A stretch of DNA of 64,000 nt from Desulfuromonadales bacterium. GTDB lineage: Bacteria; Desulfobacterota; Desulfuromonadia; Desulfuromonadales; SZUA-540. Position numbers and translations under genes: made by a program. The DNA is taken from assembly GCA_033549025.1 (NCBI GenBank), contig JAWSUS010000001.1, positions 203,685 to 267,684 of the forward strand, in the 5' to 3' direction. Under the pieces are notes generated by a model, which worked only from the letters and a program-made list of their open reading frames with translations, had not been told where the DNA came from and did no database searches. Shown here piece by piece: positions 39,009 to 50,252 of the stretch (within the stretch, counting starts at the first letter, position 1; each line of letters opens with the position of its first letter).

Positions 39009-40697
39009 TCACTTTGGGAAGAGCTTGCCGAAGGCCTCTTCCTGGGCGGGGGTGCCGATAAGAATTAACGCATCGTCTTTTCGCAGCACGGTTTCCGGCG
39101 AGGGCACAACAACAGGGTCGGCCATACCGGAAACTTCGAGGGCCACAATGGAACAGCCGGTCCTTTCCCTTAGGTGGGAGGCGGCAATGGATTTCCCCAC
39201 CAACGCGGCTGGCAGAGGGCGACGAAAGATATTGATTCCTTCGGTGAGAAACACCGATGTCTTGGATTCGATGATATTCAGCAGAATGCTCCCCCCCACC
39301 GAGGCGCTGGACACGACGAAATCGGCGCCCGCCGCATAGAACTGGGCGACGTTTTCATCGGCAGTGGCCCGTGCCACGATGCGGATGTGGGAATGGGCGT
39401 GCCGGCTGGCCAGGGTGAGAAAGAGATTGGTGTTGTCATCGTTCGTGGTGACAATAAGCCCACGAGCCTTATCAATACCGCTCTTCATCAAAAAATGACG
39501 GACCGTGGCATCGCCATAAATGGGGACGTGCTCTTCGCAGTAGGGGTTTTCCTGGCGGTCGACCAGGATGAACGGTACCGGCTTGCGATCAAGGAAACTG
39601 GCGGCGGCACAACCGACGCGGCCGTGCCCAAGAATAAAGATCAGATCATCATTCGCCTGCTCACCCGTCAACTGTTCAAGGGATTCCAGCTGCTCCCGGG
39701 TTCCCGCCAACACCATCAGGGCGTCATCCTGCAATAGGGTATCGGCGGCGGGAAGGGTCAGATTCCCCCGCTCCCACAGGCCGATCACGGCCAGCCCGGT
39801 CTGTTGACGGATCAGGGAGTCTGCCAGAGACAGTCCGGAAAATGGCGTGCCATGCACGGGGATTTCCGCAATGACGAGCTTGCCGAAGCTGTCGATGACG
39901 TGGGCCATGGCCCCCTTGGTCGTGGCCCGCGTGGCCAAGTAGTTCCCCAGAATTTTGTGCAGGGGGATAACCTGATTGGCCCCGGCCAGGCGCAGCAGAT
40001 CGCCATGCTCCGCCTCGGACACCAAGGCGACAATAGGCGTTTCGCAAAGGGAGCGAGCCGTCAGACACAGGTTGACGTTTTCGGGGTCGCTGAGGTTGGC
40101 AATGATATACCGCGCCTCGGCAACCCTTAGACCTTGAAGCACTTCAGGGTCGGTCGGTGAACCGACCACCACCTTGACACCGTTGTCCTCAAGGTTTATT
40201 GCTTCGGTGGCATCTTCGGTCACCACCACGAAAGGGATCTGGCGGGTTTTAAGTCTTCGAATCAGGTTGCGGGTGACGGAATCGACGCCAAAGATCAGGA
40301 CATGCCCTGAGGTCTCCGGCGGCAGATCAACATCCGGTCGGTGGCTCAGGCGGTACTCGATCCAGGGGGCCAGAAACAAGCTGACCAGAGTAAAAGGGAG
40401 GATGATCAGCAGAAAAACCACCCCCGAGACCGTCACCACCGCAGCAAAAATATAGCCGGGGTCGCTGTGAAAGGTAATGTCCCCGAACCCCAGGGTCGTC
40501 ATCACCGTAATGGACCAGTAAATCCCGGCAATCAGCGAAAACTCACGCCCTTCCAGATGCCACATGAGATAGCGGAAGAGAACCGCATACAGCAGGATCA
40601 TGCCGGCCAGAAAAATACAGTAATAGGTCAGGTACTTAAGGTTCTTGACCACTCTGCCGCGGAGAAAATAGGCGAGTTCCGACGCGATTGTTTTCAT
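39009..40697 (-). CDS. Potassium channel protein with tandem RCK (TrkA-N/TrkA-C) domains
   Basis: TM-pore-TM with TTLGFGD filter; ILGHGRVG Rossmann motif. Confidence 0.9.
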   Translation of the reverse strand: MKTIASELAYFLRGRVVKNLKYLTYYCIFLAGMILLYAVLFRYLMWHLEGREFSLIAGIYWSITVMTTLGFGDITFHSDPGYIFAAVVTVSGVVFLLIILPFTLVSLFLAPWIEYRLSHRPDVDLPPETSGHVLIFGVDSVTRNLIRRLKTRQIPFVVVTEDATEAINLEDNGVKVVVGSPTDPEVLQGLRVAEARYIIANLSDPENVNLCLTARSLCETPIVALVSEAEHGDLLRLAGANQVIPLHKILGNYLATRATTKGAMAHVIDSFGKLVIAEIPVHGTPFSGLSLADSLIRQQTGLAVIGLWERGNLTLPAADTLLQDDALMVLAGTREQLESLEQLTGEQANDDLIFILGHGRVGCAAASFLDRKPVPFILVDRQENPYCEEHVPIYGDATVRHFLMKSGIDKARGLIVTTNDDNTNLFLTLASRHAHSHIRIVARATADENVAQFYAAGADFVVSSASVGGSILLNIIESKTSVFLTEGINIFRRPLPAALVGKSIAASHLRERTGCSIVALEVSGMADPVVVPSPETVLRKDDALILIGTPAQEEAFGKLFPK

Positions 40698-40783
40698 TGC
40701 ACCTCACCGGCATCGCAAAAAGATTATCTTTTAAATTGCACACTTTTATAGCAAATCCCACTCATCGGCGCAAACAAAGGGAA

Positions 40784-40832
40784 CAAAAAAACCAAAAAGA
40801 CAAACCCCGCAGCTAAAAATGCGGGGTTTGTC
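40784..40832 (-). terminator. Intrinsic terminator
   Basis: GACAAACCCCGCA/TGCGGGGTTTGTC 13-bp stem, T tracts on the minus strand. Confidence 0.8.
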
Positions 40833-40929
40833 AATAATCTGGACCCTACCTGGGAGTTAAGGCATGGTTTTTGTTCTAAACGCCATTGCTGATAAAATCG
40901 TATACGAACCGGCCGCAGTGCAGTCGGTG

Positions 40930-41184
40930 TTACCTCTTCCGAAAGATGCCAAGCTTGCCCAGGACGAAGATGAGCAGCGCCGCGCCAGAGAGTGCAACCA
41001 CGAAGCGCAGAATGCCGCCTGTGGGCGCCATCCCCAGTTGTCCGGCGAGCCAGAAGCCCAACATCGAGCCCAACACGCCTACCAGAACATTGGCGATCCA
41101 GCCCATTTGCGCATTGGTCTTCATGAGGATGCTCGCCAGCCAACCGACAATTCCGCCAATAATCAAAGTGATGATCCAACTCAT
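40930..41184 (-). CDS. GlsB/YeaQ/YmgE family small membrane protein
   Basis: LIIGGIVGWLAS..GWIANVLVGVLGS..VALSGAALL. Confidence 0.88.
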   Translation of the reverse strand: MSWIITLIIGGIVGWLASILMKTNAQMGWIANVLVGVLGSMLGFWLAGQLGMAPTGGILRFVVALSGAALLIFVLGKLGIFRKR

Positions 41185-41238
41185 GTCTGTCCCCCCCGGA
41201 ATGTGCAGAAATTTCCCTCGGCGCTCGTGCCGACACGA

Positions 41239-41820
41239 CTAACGCATCGACTTTCCAACCATCCTCATGATGTCATCCAGCGGATTGCCGTCGCCGTTCA
41301 GATCAAGCATCGAGGCGAGCCCCGAGGTTGGGGATTTTTGACCGCCCAACAAGCCTCCCAACAGACCGCCGAGCCCACCACTCTCCGAGGAGCGCTGCGG
41401 TTCGATGGCGCTGACCCCGGGTTGCTTCGCCATGTAACCCGTAACCAGCATCGCCAGCATCGGCAACATTTTCTTAAGAAGGGACGGTTCGAGCCCTGTC
41501 TGCGAAGCGGCATTCTGCGCAACCGCACGGCTGACATCCTTGGAGCCGAAGATCTGTCCAAGAACGTCATTGCCGCCTCTCACGTCCGTCGGTTGCGACC
41601 CCAGCACCTGGTCAAGCAAGCCCCCACCGCCGAGTTTTCCGAGCAGTCCGCTGAGACCGTCGACGCCCCCGGGCTGAGACTGCGCCTGCTTTTTGAATCC
41701 GCCGAGAATCGCAGGGACGAGGGCCTCGGCCCCACTCGCAGCCTGGGTCTCGCTAATGCCCAATTCACGAGCCATGGACTGGAGTCCTCCCATCTGCGCA
41801 AGAAGGTCAGTGATCTGCAT
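41239..41820 (-). CDS. DUF937-like Gly-rich protein
   Basis: LVPAILGG..GNDVLGQIFG..KKMLPMLA..LDLNGDGNPLDD; AGGAG RBS. Confidence 0.75.
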   Translation of the reverse strand: MQITDLLAQMGGLQSMARELGISETQAASGAEALVPAILGGFKKQAQSQPGGVDGLSGLLGKLGGGGLLDQVLGSQPTDVRGGNDVLGQIFGSKDVSRAVAQNAASQTGLEPSLLKKMLPMLAMLVTGYMAKQPGVSAIEPQRSSESGGLGGLLGGLLGGQKSPTSGLASMLDLNGDGNPLDDIMRMVGKSMR

Positions 41821-41854
41821 GTGTCTGCTCCTTTAATTGTGTTGCTTCACCGAC

Positions 41855-42244
41855 TCAGTTCAGGAGGTCTTGGGGCACATTTCCGCCGTTGGCGGCAATG
41901 CGTGCGAGAACGGTTTTGTGCAGCCAAACATTCATTTTCGCTGAATCTCCCATCAAATCATCCGGGCAGCCCAACTCCTTGGCCATGGCCTTACGCGCAG
42001 TGAAACTGCTGTCGATATCGAGGAGCTTCAGCAAGTCGACAATGGAGGTCCGCCAGTTCAGTTTCTGTGGGTTAGCCGCCGCACGCTGCTCCAGTTGCGC
42101 GACGACATCGACAAGCGTGACCGCCTTGGGTGCTGGCGTTGCATCCTGTCCCGTGCCTGGGGGTGCCTCGGTGGAAGCGGTGGCGGCAGCTGCGCTGTCG
42201 CTTTCGATGCCAAGTTTGGCGAGAATCTTGCTGAAGAATCCCAT
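41855..42244 (-). CDS. DUF3597-like protein
   Basis: KLNWRTSIVDLLKLLDIDSS..SAKMNVWLHK..AANGGNVP; start MGFFSK after AGGAG. Confidence 0.8.
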   Translation of the reverse strand: MGFFSKILAKLGIESDSAAAATASTEAPPGTGQDATPAPKAVTLVDVVAQLEQRAAANPQKLNWRTSIVDLLKLLDIDSSFTARKAMAKELGCPDDLMGDSAKMNVWLHKTVLARIAANGGNVPQDLLN

Positions 42245-42376
42245 GGTCGCTCCTTTCATGGTGTGCTTGATGGTTTGTCCATGTTGATAAGGACACGAAG
42301 GTTCAAGTCCATTACATTCTACTTCCTTACCGCACTTTGTCGACTGATCAACAAGGACACAAACAGTCAAAAGTCC

Positions 42377-42414
42377 AAAAAAAAGGCGAAACAGCTAAAT
42401 AGCCGTTTCGCCTA
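42377..42414 (-). terminator. Intrinsic terminator after tRNA
   Basis: AGGCGAAACGGCTA-TT-TAGCTGTTTCGCCT followed by a T run on the minus strand. Confidence 0.8.
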
Positions 42415-42422
42415 TACTTTCT

Positions 42423-42509
42423 TGGTGCCCGGGACGGGAATCGAACCCGTACAGCCATAAGGCCGAGGGATTTTAAGTCCCTTGCGTCTGCCAGTTCCGC
42501 CACCCGGGC
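42423..42509 (-). tRNA. tRNA-Leu (anticodon TAA)
   Basis: GCCCGGG acceptor stem, anticodon loop CT-TAA-AA, long variable arm, GGTTCGATTC T-loop, encoded CCA; 87 nt. Confidence 0.97.
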
Positions 42510-42601
42510 AATGCAGCGCTAAAACTAATCAATTTGACCGGGAAGTGTCAACCGAAAACATGGTATGTTACGGGCATTGATCAACTTTCAAAGGAGACTG
42601 C

Positions 42602-43042
42602 GTGAATAACCAAACCCTCGAATGTCCCCGATGCGGGGAGGCTGTCACCGTCTATCGCAACCCTGTCCCCACCGTGGATATCATTATTCGCCGCGGCAAC
42701 ACGATCGTCCTGATCAAACGTAAAAATCCGCCGCTAGGTTGGGCCTTGCCGGGCGGATTTGTCGATTACGGCGAATCCCTGGAGGAAGCGGCGGTGCGAG
42801 AAGCGAAGGAAGAAACGGGGCTGGAACTGACCGAACTGACCCAGTTCGGCGCCTATTCGGACCCGGCGCGGGATCCCCGTCAACACACCATCTCTTTTGT
42901 CTTTACCGCCAGGGGGCAAGGCACGCTGGCCAGTGGCGACGATGCCGCTGAGGCCGGCTGGTTCGACCTGGATAATCTGCCGGCCCCCCTGTGCTTCGAT
43001 CACGCCAAAATCTTGCAGGACTACCGGGACAGACAGGAGTAA
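42602..43042 (+). CDS. NUDIX hydrolase
   Basis: [23 protein letters not shown]udix box; RDPR; FDH. Confidence 0.93.
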   Translation: MNNQTLECPRCGEAVTVYRNPVPTVDIIIRRGNTIVLIKRKNPPLGWALPGGFVDYGESLEEAAVREAKEETGLELTELTQFGAYSDPARDPRQHTISFVFTARGQGTLASGDDAAEAGWFDLDNLPAPLCFDHAKILQDYRDRQE

Positions 43043-43048
43043 TTTCAG

Positions 43049-43879
43049 TCAGTCAAAGAAATGGATTTCGGGCTCTTCGGGGAGCAGGCCATATTTGGCG
43101 CTAAGATGGAAAAAGTGCCGCACCCCACGAAGGTGCTCTTCACCCAGGTCATAGGACATGCACTGCCAGTAGTCCACCAGGCCCTCTTCACCCATCCACG
43201 CTTTTTCCGGGGTCTCCGCCGCCAGCTCTCCCAGGTTTGCCATGGCCCGCTTGCGGGATTGCGCCAGCTGCCGTCTTAGAGCACGCAGGGCATCCCCTTT
43301 TTTTTCTGCCGCATCGCGACGCAAAATCCACAGCGCAAAAACAAACGGCAATCCGGTGAAACGCTTCCACAGGCCCCCCAGATCATAGATCTGCTGTCCT
43401 TCGACACGATTGCGGGCAGCCCGCAGCGCCCGATCGCCGATCAGAAGCGCGGTCTTTCCCTCGGCGATCAGCTCTTCAACGGGGCGATCAGGCACGGTGC
43501 TGCGGAAATTTTCGCACCCCAGGTATTCTCGCAGGAGAACCTGAAGGAGATTGATCGAGGTAGCGGATTCGCCTGTCAGATAAAACACCTCATCTTTCAA
43601 GTCTTCCAGATTTCTGGGTGAAAACAGCAGGACGCTCTGGACGTCGCCGAAGGAACTGATGGAATGTTCCGGCAAAAGGAGGTACTGACGCCAGTTGCGG
43701 GCGTATTCAAAGGAGGACGAGGGGCTGACGTCGATATCGCCTTCGTGAAGCATGGCATTGAGACTTGAAGGAACACCCTGCACGATGCGGGCGGCATGCC
43801 CTTCCAGCGTTGCGGGCAGAAAGTGAAAAAACGGGACGCAGTTAATATAGTGGATGTGGCCGATATTCAATACTGTCAT
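43049..43879 (-). CDS. mqnA: Chorismate dehydratase (futalosine menaquinone pathway)
   Basis: IGHIHYINCVP, SVLLFS, SATS, LLIGDRAL, DLG..W...TGLPFVFALW. Confidence 0.9.
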   Translation of the reverse strand: MTVLNIGHIHYINCVPFFHFLPATLEGHAARIVQGVPSSLNAMLHEGDIDVSPSSSFEYARNWRQYLLLPEHSISSFGDVQSVLLFSPRNLEDLKDEVFYLTGESATSINLLQVLLREYLGCENFRSTVPDRPVEELIAEGKTALLIGDRALRAARNRVEGQQIYDLGGLWKRFTGLPFVFALWILRRDAAEKKGDALRALRRQLAQSRKRAMANLGELAAETPEKAWMGEEGLVDYWQCMSYDLGEEHLRGVRHFFHLSAKYGLLPEEPEIHFFD

Positions 43880-45378
43880 GGTTTCATTCGCAAAACAGGG
43901 TCAGTTGCGAGAGGATCCTCTACAGCGGATACATAGATGCCCTGGCTTTCGAGGAGCATCCCGGTAACCCGCAGGTATTCCGTCACGCTTTGGTTATAGT
44001 CGACCAGGGCAAGGGTATGCTCGGTGCGGGCCAGCGAGAGGTCTTCTTCTCCTTCCAAAACGTCCCGGGTAGTGGCAAGCCCGACTTCCTGGCGTTTAAG
44101 CAGAATGTGCAGCTTTTTATCGGCCAGCGCCGTGCCAAGCTCGGTGACCTCGATCTTTTTCCGGCTGACCTCCAGGGTACGCACTGCCTGACGAATATCA
44201 CGGCGAACTTCCTGCTTCTTCTGGGCAAGCTGGGCCTCCTGGCTTTTACGCAGCAGAGCGCTCCGGTGAGCTTCATAGCGAGCGGCACGATTGCCGAGCG
44301 GATACGACAGCGTCAAGCCCACCTCCCAGTTTTCAAAATCGCCCGAAGCCATCTCATCGTGACTGTCGGCGTAACCATCTCCCAACCCTTTGTATCCGTA
44401 GCTGGCCACCAGGTCGACAGCGGGAAGCTGCTGATTTTTGGCCAGGGTGTTTTCCAACTCAAGCTTTTCAAGCTGCCGGAGGTGGCGCTGAATTTCCGGA
44501 CGCCGGCGCAAGGCCTGCTGATAACCCTCCTCTCCATCGACGACCAAGGCCTCGGCCGCCAGGGAAGTTTCCGTCAATTCGGGTGAAGCGTCAGCAGCCA
44601 CCAGAACGGCCAGCTCATCCAGGGCATCACGATAGGCCTGTTGGGTCTCCAACAGTTCTCTTTCGCGCACATTGAGGCCAACCTCGGCTTCGAGGATTTC
44701 ATGCTGCGGCAGAACTTCGGCCTCGACGCGGGCCTTGTTCTCGGCCAGAACCCGGCGGGCCAGCGCGACAGAGGCTTCGCGCGTACGCAGGGTTTCTCGC
44801 ACACCCAGGGCCTGAAAATAGGTATCCCGCACCTGGGCTACCAGCTGAGAGGCCCTCAGCAGCAGGTCCGTCAAGGAGGCTTCTCGCTCCTTGGTCGCCA
44901 AAACGATAGCCTGTTCGGTAGGCAACAGCCCTAAATTTTTGAGGAGAGGCTGACGCAGGGTCAGGGCTACTTCGCCGGTATAGGCCGGGTTGATAGCCCC
45001 AGCCGGTTCGTCGTCCTGCCGACGGGAAGCATAGACCAGCCCGACATCGGCGCCCGTGGGAAGCTTCTGCAAAAGCGAAAAGGAGAGCTGTCGGTAGCGG
45101 CTTTCCGCCCCCCTGAACGAAGGGGTATAGAACAGATTGAGGGGCTCCTGCCCCTGCCCTTCGGTGTAGGACAGCTCGGCCCGGGGATCGTACAGGCCGA
45201 ATCCTTTCAGCTCCAAGGCGCGGCTGGCCCGGTGCTGCAGCTGTTGGGCCTTGAGATCGAGATTGCGTTCGATGGCAAGACGTTGTGCCTGCGCCAGGTC
45301 AAGAGAAAGAGAGGGAGCGGCCCAAACATCCTCCTGGAAAACGACCAGAGCTATCAGAAGAACCAAAAACCATCTCAT
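43876..45378 (-). CDS. TolC family outer-membrane efflux protein
   Basis: Signal peptide, AIERNLDL, LRQPLL, two OEP-like repeats, LSYPLGN. Confidence 0.88.
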   Translation of the reverse strand: MRWFLVLLIALVVFQEDVWAAPSLSLDLAQAQRLAIERNLDLKAQQLQHRASRALELKGFGLYDPRAELSYTEGQGQEPLNLFYTPSFRGAESRYRQLSFSLLQKLPTGADVGLVYASRRQDDEPAGAINPAYTGEVALTLRQPLLKNLGLLPTEQAIVLATKEREASLTDLLLRASQLVAQVRDTYFQALGVRETLRTREASVALARRVLAENKARVEAEVLPQHEILEAEVGLNVRERELLETQQAYRDALDELAVLVAADASPELTETSLAAEALVVDGEEGYQQALRRRPEIQRHLRQLEKLELENTLAKNQQLPAVDLVASYGYKGLGDGYADSHDEMASGDFENWEVGLTLSYPLGNRAARYEAHRSALLRKSQEAQLAQKKQEVRRDIRQAVRTLEVSRKKIEVTELGTALADKKLHILLKRQEVGLATTRDVLEGEEDLSLARTEHTLALVDYNQSVTEYLRVTGMLLESQGIYVSAVEDPLATDPVLRMKP

Positions 45379-45776
45379 TGAAATTCGATGCGGGCGATGT
45401 CGCTGGTGCGAATCTGGTAGTTTCCGTAAGAAGTTTTCCCATAAAACATGGCTCTTTTGCGGCTGACAACCTTGAGTGTTTCTCCCGATTTCAAGGCCAG
45501 CCTGGCCTGAACATCTTCCCCGCTGATATCACCAAATTCGATGGATTTTAAGTTCCGGAAAAATACCGTCACCTTGCCGTCCCCCAACCATCCCTCGAAG
45601 TACGTGTTTCCATCCATGGAAAACTGGGATATCGCCGTATTGGTGCCGCTGCGATCGAGCAGACTGACCGCATGATTTTCGTCAGGTTCAGGGACCGAAC
45701 CCTGCGGACCGCCTCCCATACCCAACAGGACCAGGGCGCCCAGAAGGACAAAAATGGACAGCCACACACGTTTCAT
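45375..45776 (-). CDS. Hypothetical exported protein
   Basis: Signal-like N-terminus, AGGAG RBS, 4-nt overlap with the TolC gene. Confidence 0.7.
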   Translation of the reverse strand: MKRVWLSIFVLLGALVLLGMGGGPQGSVPEPDENHAVSLLDRSGTNTAISQFSMDGNTYFEGWLGDGKVTVFFRNLKSIEFGDISGEDVQARLALKSGETLKVVSRKRAMFYGKTSYGNYQIRTSDIARIEFQ

Positions 45777-45815
45777 TAGGGTCTCCTTTCGGCAAAGACT
45801 ATTTCTGGTAGGTGC

Positions 45816-46667
45816 TCAACAACCACTCTGGAGAGGTTGACGTGAATCCTTGAAGGTCCATTCCGGGTTTACGTACCGTGTGCAGGCAAGCTGTTGGGCC
45901 AGCGTCCACTCGGCTGCTGTTACCTGATCTGGCACCAGGGTAATTCCGAGGCAGCGGATAAAGGTCTCAATAAGTTTTAGCTCCAGCATATCAATCGTGA
46001 CAGGATGATCAAGCCAGCGGTTGACCCAGCCAATCTTCTGGCCGTAGGCGGACACCCCCTGCCCTTTACAGTCGACTGCCCCAGGAGTCAACACCCGATA
46101 GAGGACATCCAGATCAAGATCCAAGGGAATAGAGCCGTGCTGGAGAAAAACCCCATCCCCTCGCTTCTGCGAGCTTCCGGCGATTTTACAACCCCGACAG
46201 GTCAACTCATAATGTGACACAGCGGTAAAGCAGGCGCTCTCAGGCGCTGTCCTGGGTACTTTTTCGCTAAGCTGTCCGGGGGCCAACTGCACATCGAGCC
46301 CGCAGTCCCTGAGGGTCTGCCCGACGATATCCGCGATTATACGGTAACTGGACAACACCCCCGCCGGAAAAAGGCTTGTGCGATCGGGAGAGACCACTGA
46401 GTAGGTTACCTCCCGATCATGCAGCACCGCTCTGCCGCCTGTCATGCGCCGCACGACCTGAATCCCCAGTTCCGCACAGGCCCCCAGGTTGACGGCCTGG
46501 TGTGTTCGCTGGGCGTATCCCAGGCTCACTGTCGGCGGCTGCCAGCGATAGAGCCTTAGCACAGGCGGCGACTGACCGCACCGGACGGCCTCCCACAGAG
46601 ACTCATCCAGAGCCATATTAAGCGAGCCGGAGAGCGGCCCGGTCTGCAGAAGCCGCCACGAAGACAA
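45816..46667 (-). CDS. Lipoate-protein ligase / octanoyltransferase (LipM-like)
   Basis: NMALDE, LRLYRW, RRMTGGRAVLH, KIAGSSQ, QHGSI. Confidence 0.88.
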   Translation of the reverse strand: MSSWRLLQTGPLSGSLNMALDESLWEAVRCGQSPPVLRLYRWQPPTVSLGYAQRTHQAVNLGACAELGIQVVRRMTGGRAVLHDREVTYSVVSPDRTSLFPAGVLSSYRIIADIVGQTLRDCGLDVQLAPGQLSEKVPRTAPESACFTAVSHYELTCRGCKIAGSSQKRGDGVFLQHGSIPLDLDLDVLYRVLTPGAVDCKGQGVSAYGQKIGWVNRWLDHPVTIDMLELKLIETFIRCLGITLVPDQVTAAEWTLAQQLACTRYVNPEWTFKDSRQPLQSGC

Positions 46668-46720
46668 GCGCCTACCCCCAAAGAGAAAAAGCCAGGAAGG
46701 CCCCTGACTTTTTCCGTCTA

Positions 46721-48058
46721 CTAGAAGAACAGTCGTTCCATGAAACCTGTATCAACCTTGCCTTCCATGAAATCCTTGTTCGCCATAATGCGTTGATGCA
46801 AGGAGATGGAAGTGCGTATCCCCTCGATAATATATTCATCCAGGGCCCGTGACATGCGCTGAATGGCTTCTTCACGCGTATCCGCATGGACGATGAGTTT
46901 GGCAATCATGGAATCGTAGTGGGGAAGAACCGTGTACTTGTCATAAACGGCACTGTCCACCCGTACGCCAAGTCCGCCGGGGGTGTGATACCCATCGATC
47001 TTTCCGGGAGAGGGCGTGAACTTCACCGGATCTTCCGCATTGATGCGGCATTCGATGGCATGACCGTGGAACTTCACATCCGATTGCTTGTAGCGCAGGG
47101 GAAGCCCGTAAGCTGAGCGTATCTGCTCTTTGATGATGTCGATGCCCGTGATCATCTCGGTGACGGGATGCTCCACCTGAACACGGGTATTCATCTCCAT
47201 GAAATAGAAGCTGCCATCCTGATCCAGGAGAAATTCCATGGTGCCGACACTGGTGTAGTTGACCGCCTTGGCTGCGGCTACGGCACACTCTCCCATCTTT
47301 TTGCGGACGTCGGGGTTCAGCACCGGGCAGGGGGCCTCTTCGACCAACTTCTGGTGACGACGCTGGATCGAGCAGTCACGCTCGCCGAGGTGAATCACGT
47401 TGCCATGCTTGTCGGCCAGAATCTGGATTTCCACGTGGCGCGGCTTTTCGCAGAACTTCTCGATGTAGACGTCAGGGTTGCCAAATCCGGCCTGGGCCTC
47501 GGAACGGGCTGCCGCGAAGGCATTGCCCAAAGAAGCCGGCGAATGGACCACCTTCATGCCGCGACCACCGCCGCCGGCGGTCGCCTTGATGATGACCGGA
47601 TAACCGATCTCATCGGCAATGCGCTTGGCCTCTTCAACGGAAAAGACGCCCTCTTTGGTGCCGGGGAGAATGGGGACACCGGCCTCGGTCACGGTCTGGC
47701 GGGCCCGGATCTTGTCTCCCATGCGCCGCATGTTTTCAGGTGTGGGACCGATGAAGGTGATGCCGCAGTTGGCACAGATTTCAGCGAACTCAGCGTTTTC
47801 CGACAAAAAGCCGTAGCCGGGATGAATCGCCTCGGCGTCGGTGACTTCGGCGGCGCTGATAATGGCCTGCATGTTCAGATAGCTTTCCGAGCTGGGAGCC
47901 GGGCCGATGCAGATACTCTCGTCGGCCATTTTGACATGCAGGGCCTCGTGGTCAGCCGTCGAATGGACCGCAACGGTTTTGATCCCCATTTCCTTGCAGG
48001 CGCGGATGATGCGCAGGGCGATCTCTCCGCGGTTAGCGATCAGGACCTTGTGAAACAT
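46721..48058 (-). CDS. accC: Acetyl-CoA carboxylase biotin carboxylase
   Basis: [41 protein letters not shown]. Confidence 0.97.
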   Translation of the reverse strand: MFHKVLIANRGEIALRIIRACKEMGIKTVAVHSTADHEALHVKMADESICIGPAPSSESYLNMQAIISAAEVTDAEAIHPGYGFLSENAEFAEICANCGITFIGPTPENMRRMGDKIRARQTVTEAGVPILPGTKEGVFSVEEAKRIADEIGYPVIIKATAGGGGRGMKVVHSPASLGNAFAAARSEAQAGFGNPDVYIEKFCEKPRHVEIQILADKHGNVIHLGERDCSIQRRHQKLVEEAPCPVLNPDVRKKMGECAVAAAKAVNYTSVGTMEFLLDQDGSFYFMEMNTRVQVEHPVTEMITGIDIIKEQIRSAYGLPLRYKQSDVKFHGHAIECRINAEDPVKFTPSPGKIDGYHTPGGLGVRVDSAVYDKYTVLPHYDSMIAKLIVHADTREEAIQRMSRALDEYIIEGIRTSISLHQRIMANKDFMEGKVDTGFMERLFF

Positions 48059-48144
48059 GGATTCATCTACTCCTATAAATGCTTCGATAATTCGAAAGAG
48101 TCAGCCGACGAAAGGCGGCCGCCCCGAGAGCGCTCTATCAAAAA

Positions 48145-48624
48145 TTAGAGCTTCTCGACCACAAAGAGAGGGTCTCCGAATTCCACAGGCTGAGCGTTCT
48201 CTTTGAGAATTTCAACGACCTTGCATTTGAAGTCGGCCTCGATTTCGTTCATCAGCTTCATGGCTTCCACAATGCAGAAGACCTGACCCTTTTCGACAAT
48301 GGAGCCAACCTCGACATACGACGCCGATTCCGGAGAAGGCGCACGGTAGAAGGTACCGACAATGGGGGAATTGATGATTTCCTGCCGCTCGCCGAGGACC
48401 GGACCAGCAGCCGGTGCCGCCGGAGCGGGGGCAACGGGTGCCTGCATGACAGGGGCAGCAGCCATAGCCGGAGCAGCCATTTGAGCCGGAGCGGTCACAT
48501 GAACGATCTCCTGGGTCTTGCCACGGCGGATGGAAATCTTTTCTTCCGTGTTCTCCATTTCGAATTCGGTGATATCCGTTTCCGTGACCATCTTGATCAG
48601 TGTTTTCAGATCCTTGATATCCAT
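48145..48624 (-). CDS. accB: Biotin carboxyl carrier protein
   Basis: Ala/Pro linker, SPIVGTFY, EAMKLMN biotin site. Confidence 0.97.
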   Translation of the reverse strand: MDIKDLKTLIKMVTETDITEFEMENTEEKISIRRGKTQEIVHVTAPAQMAAPAMAAAPVMQAPVAPAPAAPAAGPVLGERQEIINSPIVGTFYRAPSPESASYVEVGSIVEKGQVFCIVEAMKLMNEIEADFKCKVVEILKENAQPVEFGDPLFVVEKL

Positions 48625-48708
48625 TTATATCCTCCTGTTATTTTTCGTGAAACACCGGGATGGCTCAAGAAAGCCCACCCTCTGAACATGCGATATGCCT
48701 CCACCCTC

Positions 48709-49782
48709 TCAACAGGGCAGAACGGTATAGCTTTTGGGTATTTTAGTCACGGTGCGGTAGCCGTCCCTGGTCACCAGCACCATATCCTCGATGCGAACAC
48801 CGCCTGTCCCGGGCAGATATATGCCCGGTTCGATGGTAAAAACCATGCCCTCCGCCGCCACATCTTCGCTTCGCGATGACAATGTGGGTGCTTCATGAAC
48901 CTGCAGGCCGACTCCGTGCCCTAAGCCATGGCCGAAATAATCGCCGTAACCATGGGCCTGAATATGTTCTCGTGCCGCCGCGTCAACATCCTGAAGCCGT
49001 ACCCCCGGACGCACCAGCTGCATGGCCCTGTCATGGGCCTCCAGGACAATATTGTAAATGTCTCGCAGCCTGGATGGAACCTCACCGACTGCAAGCGTGA
49101 CGGTCTCATCAGAATGGTAGCCGTCAAGGCGCGTGCCAAAGTCGATGGTTACGAGATCCCCTTCAGCAATCACCTTGTCCGAAGCGACTCCATGGGGCAA
49201 TGCCCCGCGAAGACCGGAAGCGACGATCAGGTCAAAGGATCGATCCTCCCCTCCCCGGCGCCGCATGGCAAACTCCAAGGCCAGCGCGATATCTCTTTCG
49301 GACACGCCCGGCCTGATCTGGGGCTGTATCTCAAAAAAGGCCTCAGCGGCAATAGTGGCGGCTTTCTCAATGCAAGCCACCTCGTCAGCCTCTTTAGTCG
49401 CCCGCAGGTCTCGGAGTTCTTTTCCGAGAGGGATCCATTCCAAGGCAAGGTTGCTTTCTTTCAAGCGCTGGAGTTCAGCGCATGTCATCGCCTCTGCCTC
49501 AAAACCGACCCGCAGGCATCCTTCGGATAAAAGGAAGGATGTCACGCCTTCTGCCTTGAGCCGGTATTCTCTCACCTCTGCCGCCATGACCTGCTGACGG
49601 GCCTGAGACGTGTATCGAGAATCCGTAAGGAAGCAGGTTTTTTGGCGGGTGAGGACCAAAACGCCGTCCGACCCGGTAAAGCCCGAGTGATAGCGAACAT
49701 TGGCCAGCCCGGTAAAAAGCAGGGCGTCCAGGTTGTGACCCGCCAAAATGGACTGGGCAAAGGCGGTTCTGTCTTGTACCAT
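48709..49782 (-). CDS. Xaa-Pro aminopeptidase (M24)
   Basis: [30 protein letters not shown]. Confidence 0.93.
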   Translation of the reverse strand: MVQDRTAFAQSILAGHNLDALLFTGLANVRYHSGFTGSDGVLVLTRQKTCFLTDSRYTSQARQQVMAAEVREYRLKAEGVTSFLLSEGCLRVGFEAEAMTCAELQRLKESNLALEWIPLGKELRDLRATKEADEVACIEKAATIAAEAFFEIQPQIRPGVSERDIALALEFAMRRRGGEDRSFDLIVASGLRGALPHGVASDKVIAEGDLVTIDFGTRLDGYHSDETVTLAVGEVPSRLRDIYNIVLEAHDRAMQLVRPGVRLQDVDAAAREHIQAHGYGDYFGHGLGHGVGLQVHEAPTLSSRSEDVAAEGMVFTIEPGIYLPGTGGVRIEDMVLVTRDGYRTVTKIPKSYTVLPC

Positions 49783-49808
49783 AACGGGCTTTTACCCTCA
49801 ATAACTAT

Positions 49809-50243
49809 CTATTTCAGTCTCGCTAAAAGACCGCGAATAGCCAACTTGTAGCCAATGGCCCCCAATCCGGCGATCTGCCCGAGAACGACAGGGGCCACAT
49901 ACGAATGCCGCCTGAATTCCTCTCGCGCATGGACATTGGAGAGATGGACCTCCACCGTCGGAATGGCCACCCCCGCAATGGCGTCACGAAGGGCGACACT
50001 GGTATGGGTCAGCCCCCCGGGGTTGATGATCATTCCGGCTATCCCTTCGGTCCGGGCGGCGTGAATGCGATCGATAAGAGCCCCTTCGTGATTGGATTGG
50101 AAAAAAACGAGGGTAACGCCGAGTTCCCGCCCGAGATCGGTCAGTTGCCTATTAACATCTTCAAGGGTCTCATGACCGTACACTTCCGGTTCGCGAGTGC
50201 CGAGCAGATTGAGATTGGGGCCGTGCAATACAAGGAAGGTCAT
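49809..50243 (-). CDS. aroQ: Type II 3-dehydroquinate dehydratase
   Basis: [33 protein letters not shown]. Confidence 0.97.
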   Translation of the reverse strand: MTFLVLHGPNLNLLGTREPEVYGHETLEDVNRQLTDLGRELGVTLVFFQSNHEGALIDRIHAARTEGIAGMIINPGGLTHTSVALRDAIAGVAIPTVEVHLSNVHAREEFRRHSYVAPVVLGQIAGLGAIGYKLAIRGLLARLK

Positions 50244-50252
50244 AATGGGCCT

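Noticed and set aside
40830..40870. att-site duplication of the tRNA-Leu 3' end
   Set aside because: No match to TGGTGCCCGGGACGGG seen, and no integrase.
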